A stretch of 49,071 nucleotides of DNA from a virus, in the IMG/VR virus record IMGVR_UViG_3300025018_002313; one strand, written 5' to 3'. Positions 47,863 through 49,071 of the stretch are shown here, one piece after another. The notes under the pieces are model-generated. The model saw only the letters and a program-made list of their open reading frames with translations. It was not told the DNA's origin and made no database searches. Both the position numbers and the translations under genes were made by a program. The number at the start of each line of letters is the position of its first letter. The first letter of the stretch is position 1.

Positions 47863-49071
47863 TTATTCCTTACTTAATTCAACCGAATAAACATCAGTGC
47901 CGTCAAAATACTTCAAAAACTTTCCACTTGTAGAAGGGCTATCTGTAATCCATATATCACCAGTAACTCGTTCACTGATAAGTGGGTCAGCGCTAAATTC
48001 GTTAACATTAATTACGCTGCCACCGCTTGGACCTGTTGTTATGGACGCGGTTGCTTCTTGTAATACGCCACCCGTATTAGATATAACAATTGCATTATCT
48101 CCAGTAAGCGATGGTACGATAATATTATTTTCAACCGTAAGATTTCCAATAAATGTGGCATGTCCTGTTCCTTGTTCTATTTCTAGTAATGCAAAATCAT
48201 TTCTATCATCCCATATATGAAAAAATCCAGTTGTTGGTCCTGAACTGTAATAATACATATCCACTTCTCTTTGAGCAAGACCATACCAACTCAACCCAGT
48301 AATAGTAACATCACTATGACTGTTTCTGAAGTTAATCAAATTAGAATTAACTTGTAAGCTAGTTGTTATATCAATACTTCCTTCATTGGTATTAGCACCG
48401 CTTAAGAAAATATTATCCCCGGATATTTTAGGCTCTAAATTAGTTCCAATTCTATTCCAATAGGTATTTGTATCTACATAAGTTTTAACAGCTTGCTCAG
48501 TCGGTACTTTATATTGAGCATTACTGATTAAAGTTCCATCATTTGAAAAACTATTGACACCTGCTCCAGTTGGTAAATAAACTAATCCAGTAGGTATTCG
48601 ACTTCCGGCATAATCCATCAACAACATTCGCTGTGAACCTATAGCCATTCCAAATTGCTGGGTGTTGAGTCCTTCAACTTGATAGAAATTTGGTTGTGGA
48701 GCAAATAGACCGGTACCGAACTTTAGATTGGAAGAGCCTAGTGCTCCAATACCATCAGTGGCTAAATTAACACTACCTTCGATGCTAGCGTCACCAAATA
48801 CGGATAGTTTGTCAAGTCTGTGGTAGATGTAGCTCTGTGCGGGCGCGGCATTGTACTCAAGTGCGATTGTGTATGTGGTACCTTGATCGCTACCTGCACT
48901 ACCGTCCCATTTGTACGCCCCGACTGCAAGTACACCACCATCAGATGACAGGGAGCAGGATTGTCCGAACTCATCATTTGCGCCTGCGTCGGGTGCTGTT
49001 AGTGTGGTTGTGCGCTCTGTCCATGAACTACCATTCCAGTCAAAGATGTAAACTGCACCCTGATTGCTACC
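47863..49071 (-). CDS. tail fiber protein with FG-GAP-like repeats, 5'-truncated by the window edge (at least 402 aa here)
   Basis: The reading frame of track ORF 47863..48648 stays open upstream to the last base of the window. I retranslated it codon by codon and found no stop. The upstream part contains 'GAVYIFDWNGSSW...FGQSCSLSSDGGVLAVGAY', which is FG-GAP-like. The real start lies beyond 49071. Confidence 0.7.
   Translation of the reverse strand, partial: GSNQGAVYIFDWNGSSWTERTTTLTAPDAGANDEFGQSCSLSSDGGVLAVGAYKWDGSAGSDQGTTYTIALEYNAAPAQSYIYHRLDKLSVFGDASIEGSVNLATDGIGALGSSNLKFGTGLFAPQPNFYQVEGLNTQQFGMAIGSQRMLLMDYAGSRIPTGLVYLPTGAGVNSFSNDGTLISNAQYKVPTEQAVKTYVDTNTYWNRIGTNLEPKISGDNIFLSGANTNEGSIDITTSLQVNSNLINFRNSHSDVTITGLSWYGLAQREVDMYYYSSGPTTGFFHIWDDRNDFALLEIEQGTGHATFIGNLTVENNIIVPSLTGDNAIVISNTGGVLQEATASITTGPSGGSVINVNEFSADPLISERVTGDIWITDSPSTSGKFLKYFDGTDVYSVELSKE

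Noticed and set aside
48762-48977. 71-aa minus-strand ORF near the window end
   Set aside because: It is in the wrong frame. A different minus-strand frame stays open across this whole region and is continuous with the 47863..48648 ORF.
1-49071. CRISPR arrays, a diversity-generating retroelement (reverse transcriptase plus TR/VR) near the fibers, integrase or attachment sites, rRNA
   Set aside because: No spacer-repeat periodicity, no RT-like ORF (YxDD) and no integrase-like ORF were seen. The repeated DNA present is coding (SHAEG array) or short promoter-like palindromes.

Overview
This 49 kb window is a visibly AT-rich, asparagine- and tyrosine-rich piece of a T4-like (Straboviridae-type) myovirus genome, and almost every gene is on the minus strand. 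Four proteins can be recognised directly from the translations against T4 sequences recalled from memory. They are the major capsid protein gp23 (38701..40188), the prohead protease gp21 (41346..42038), the prohead scaffold gp22 (40216..41130) and the clamp-loader subunit gp44 (35106..36047). A canonical trimeric dUTPase (36123..36611), a gp25-type baseplate wedge protein (33382..33858), a gp6/Baseplate_J-like protein (31534..33366) and a minus-strand tRNA-Leu(UAA) (26..110) are also clear. About 22 kb (11335..33858) is a baseplate and fiber operon of giant Asn-rich proteins (926 to 1580 aa) carrying PKD, PA14, LamG/ConA-like and NHL-like segments. The operon is read from a T4-late-type TATAAATA box upstream of gp25. 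A 1364-aa fiber (6705..10799) contains an array of roughly 45 to 50 tandem 14-residue 'SHAEGxxTxASGxx' repeats with 42-nt periodicity. The low-coordinate end (349..6690) is an accessory-looking operon. It holds a fiber-like protein, an S8 subtilisin-like protease, a GT2 glycosyltransferase, a cupin and a BspA-type leucine-rich-repeat protein. The high-coordinate end encodes a pectate-lyase-fold tailspike and a partial FG-GAP fiber that runs off the window. Two genes sit inside the head-morphogenesis cluster, between gp21 and the acidic core protein: a TnsA-like PD-(D/E)XK endonuclease and a basic 289-aa protein. Several AT-palindromic promoter-like elements recur exactly and sit immediately upstream of genes, always just downstream of rho-independent terminators. 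These are TAAATATTTA variants, including an exact 18-mer repeated twice and an exact 15-mer repeated twice. Everything was done by eye from the sequence and the ORF track; no searches were run. All homology statements are recollection-based pattern matches and should be checked with HHpred, BLAST or Pfam.
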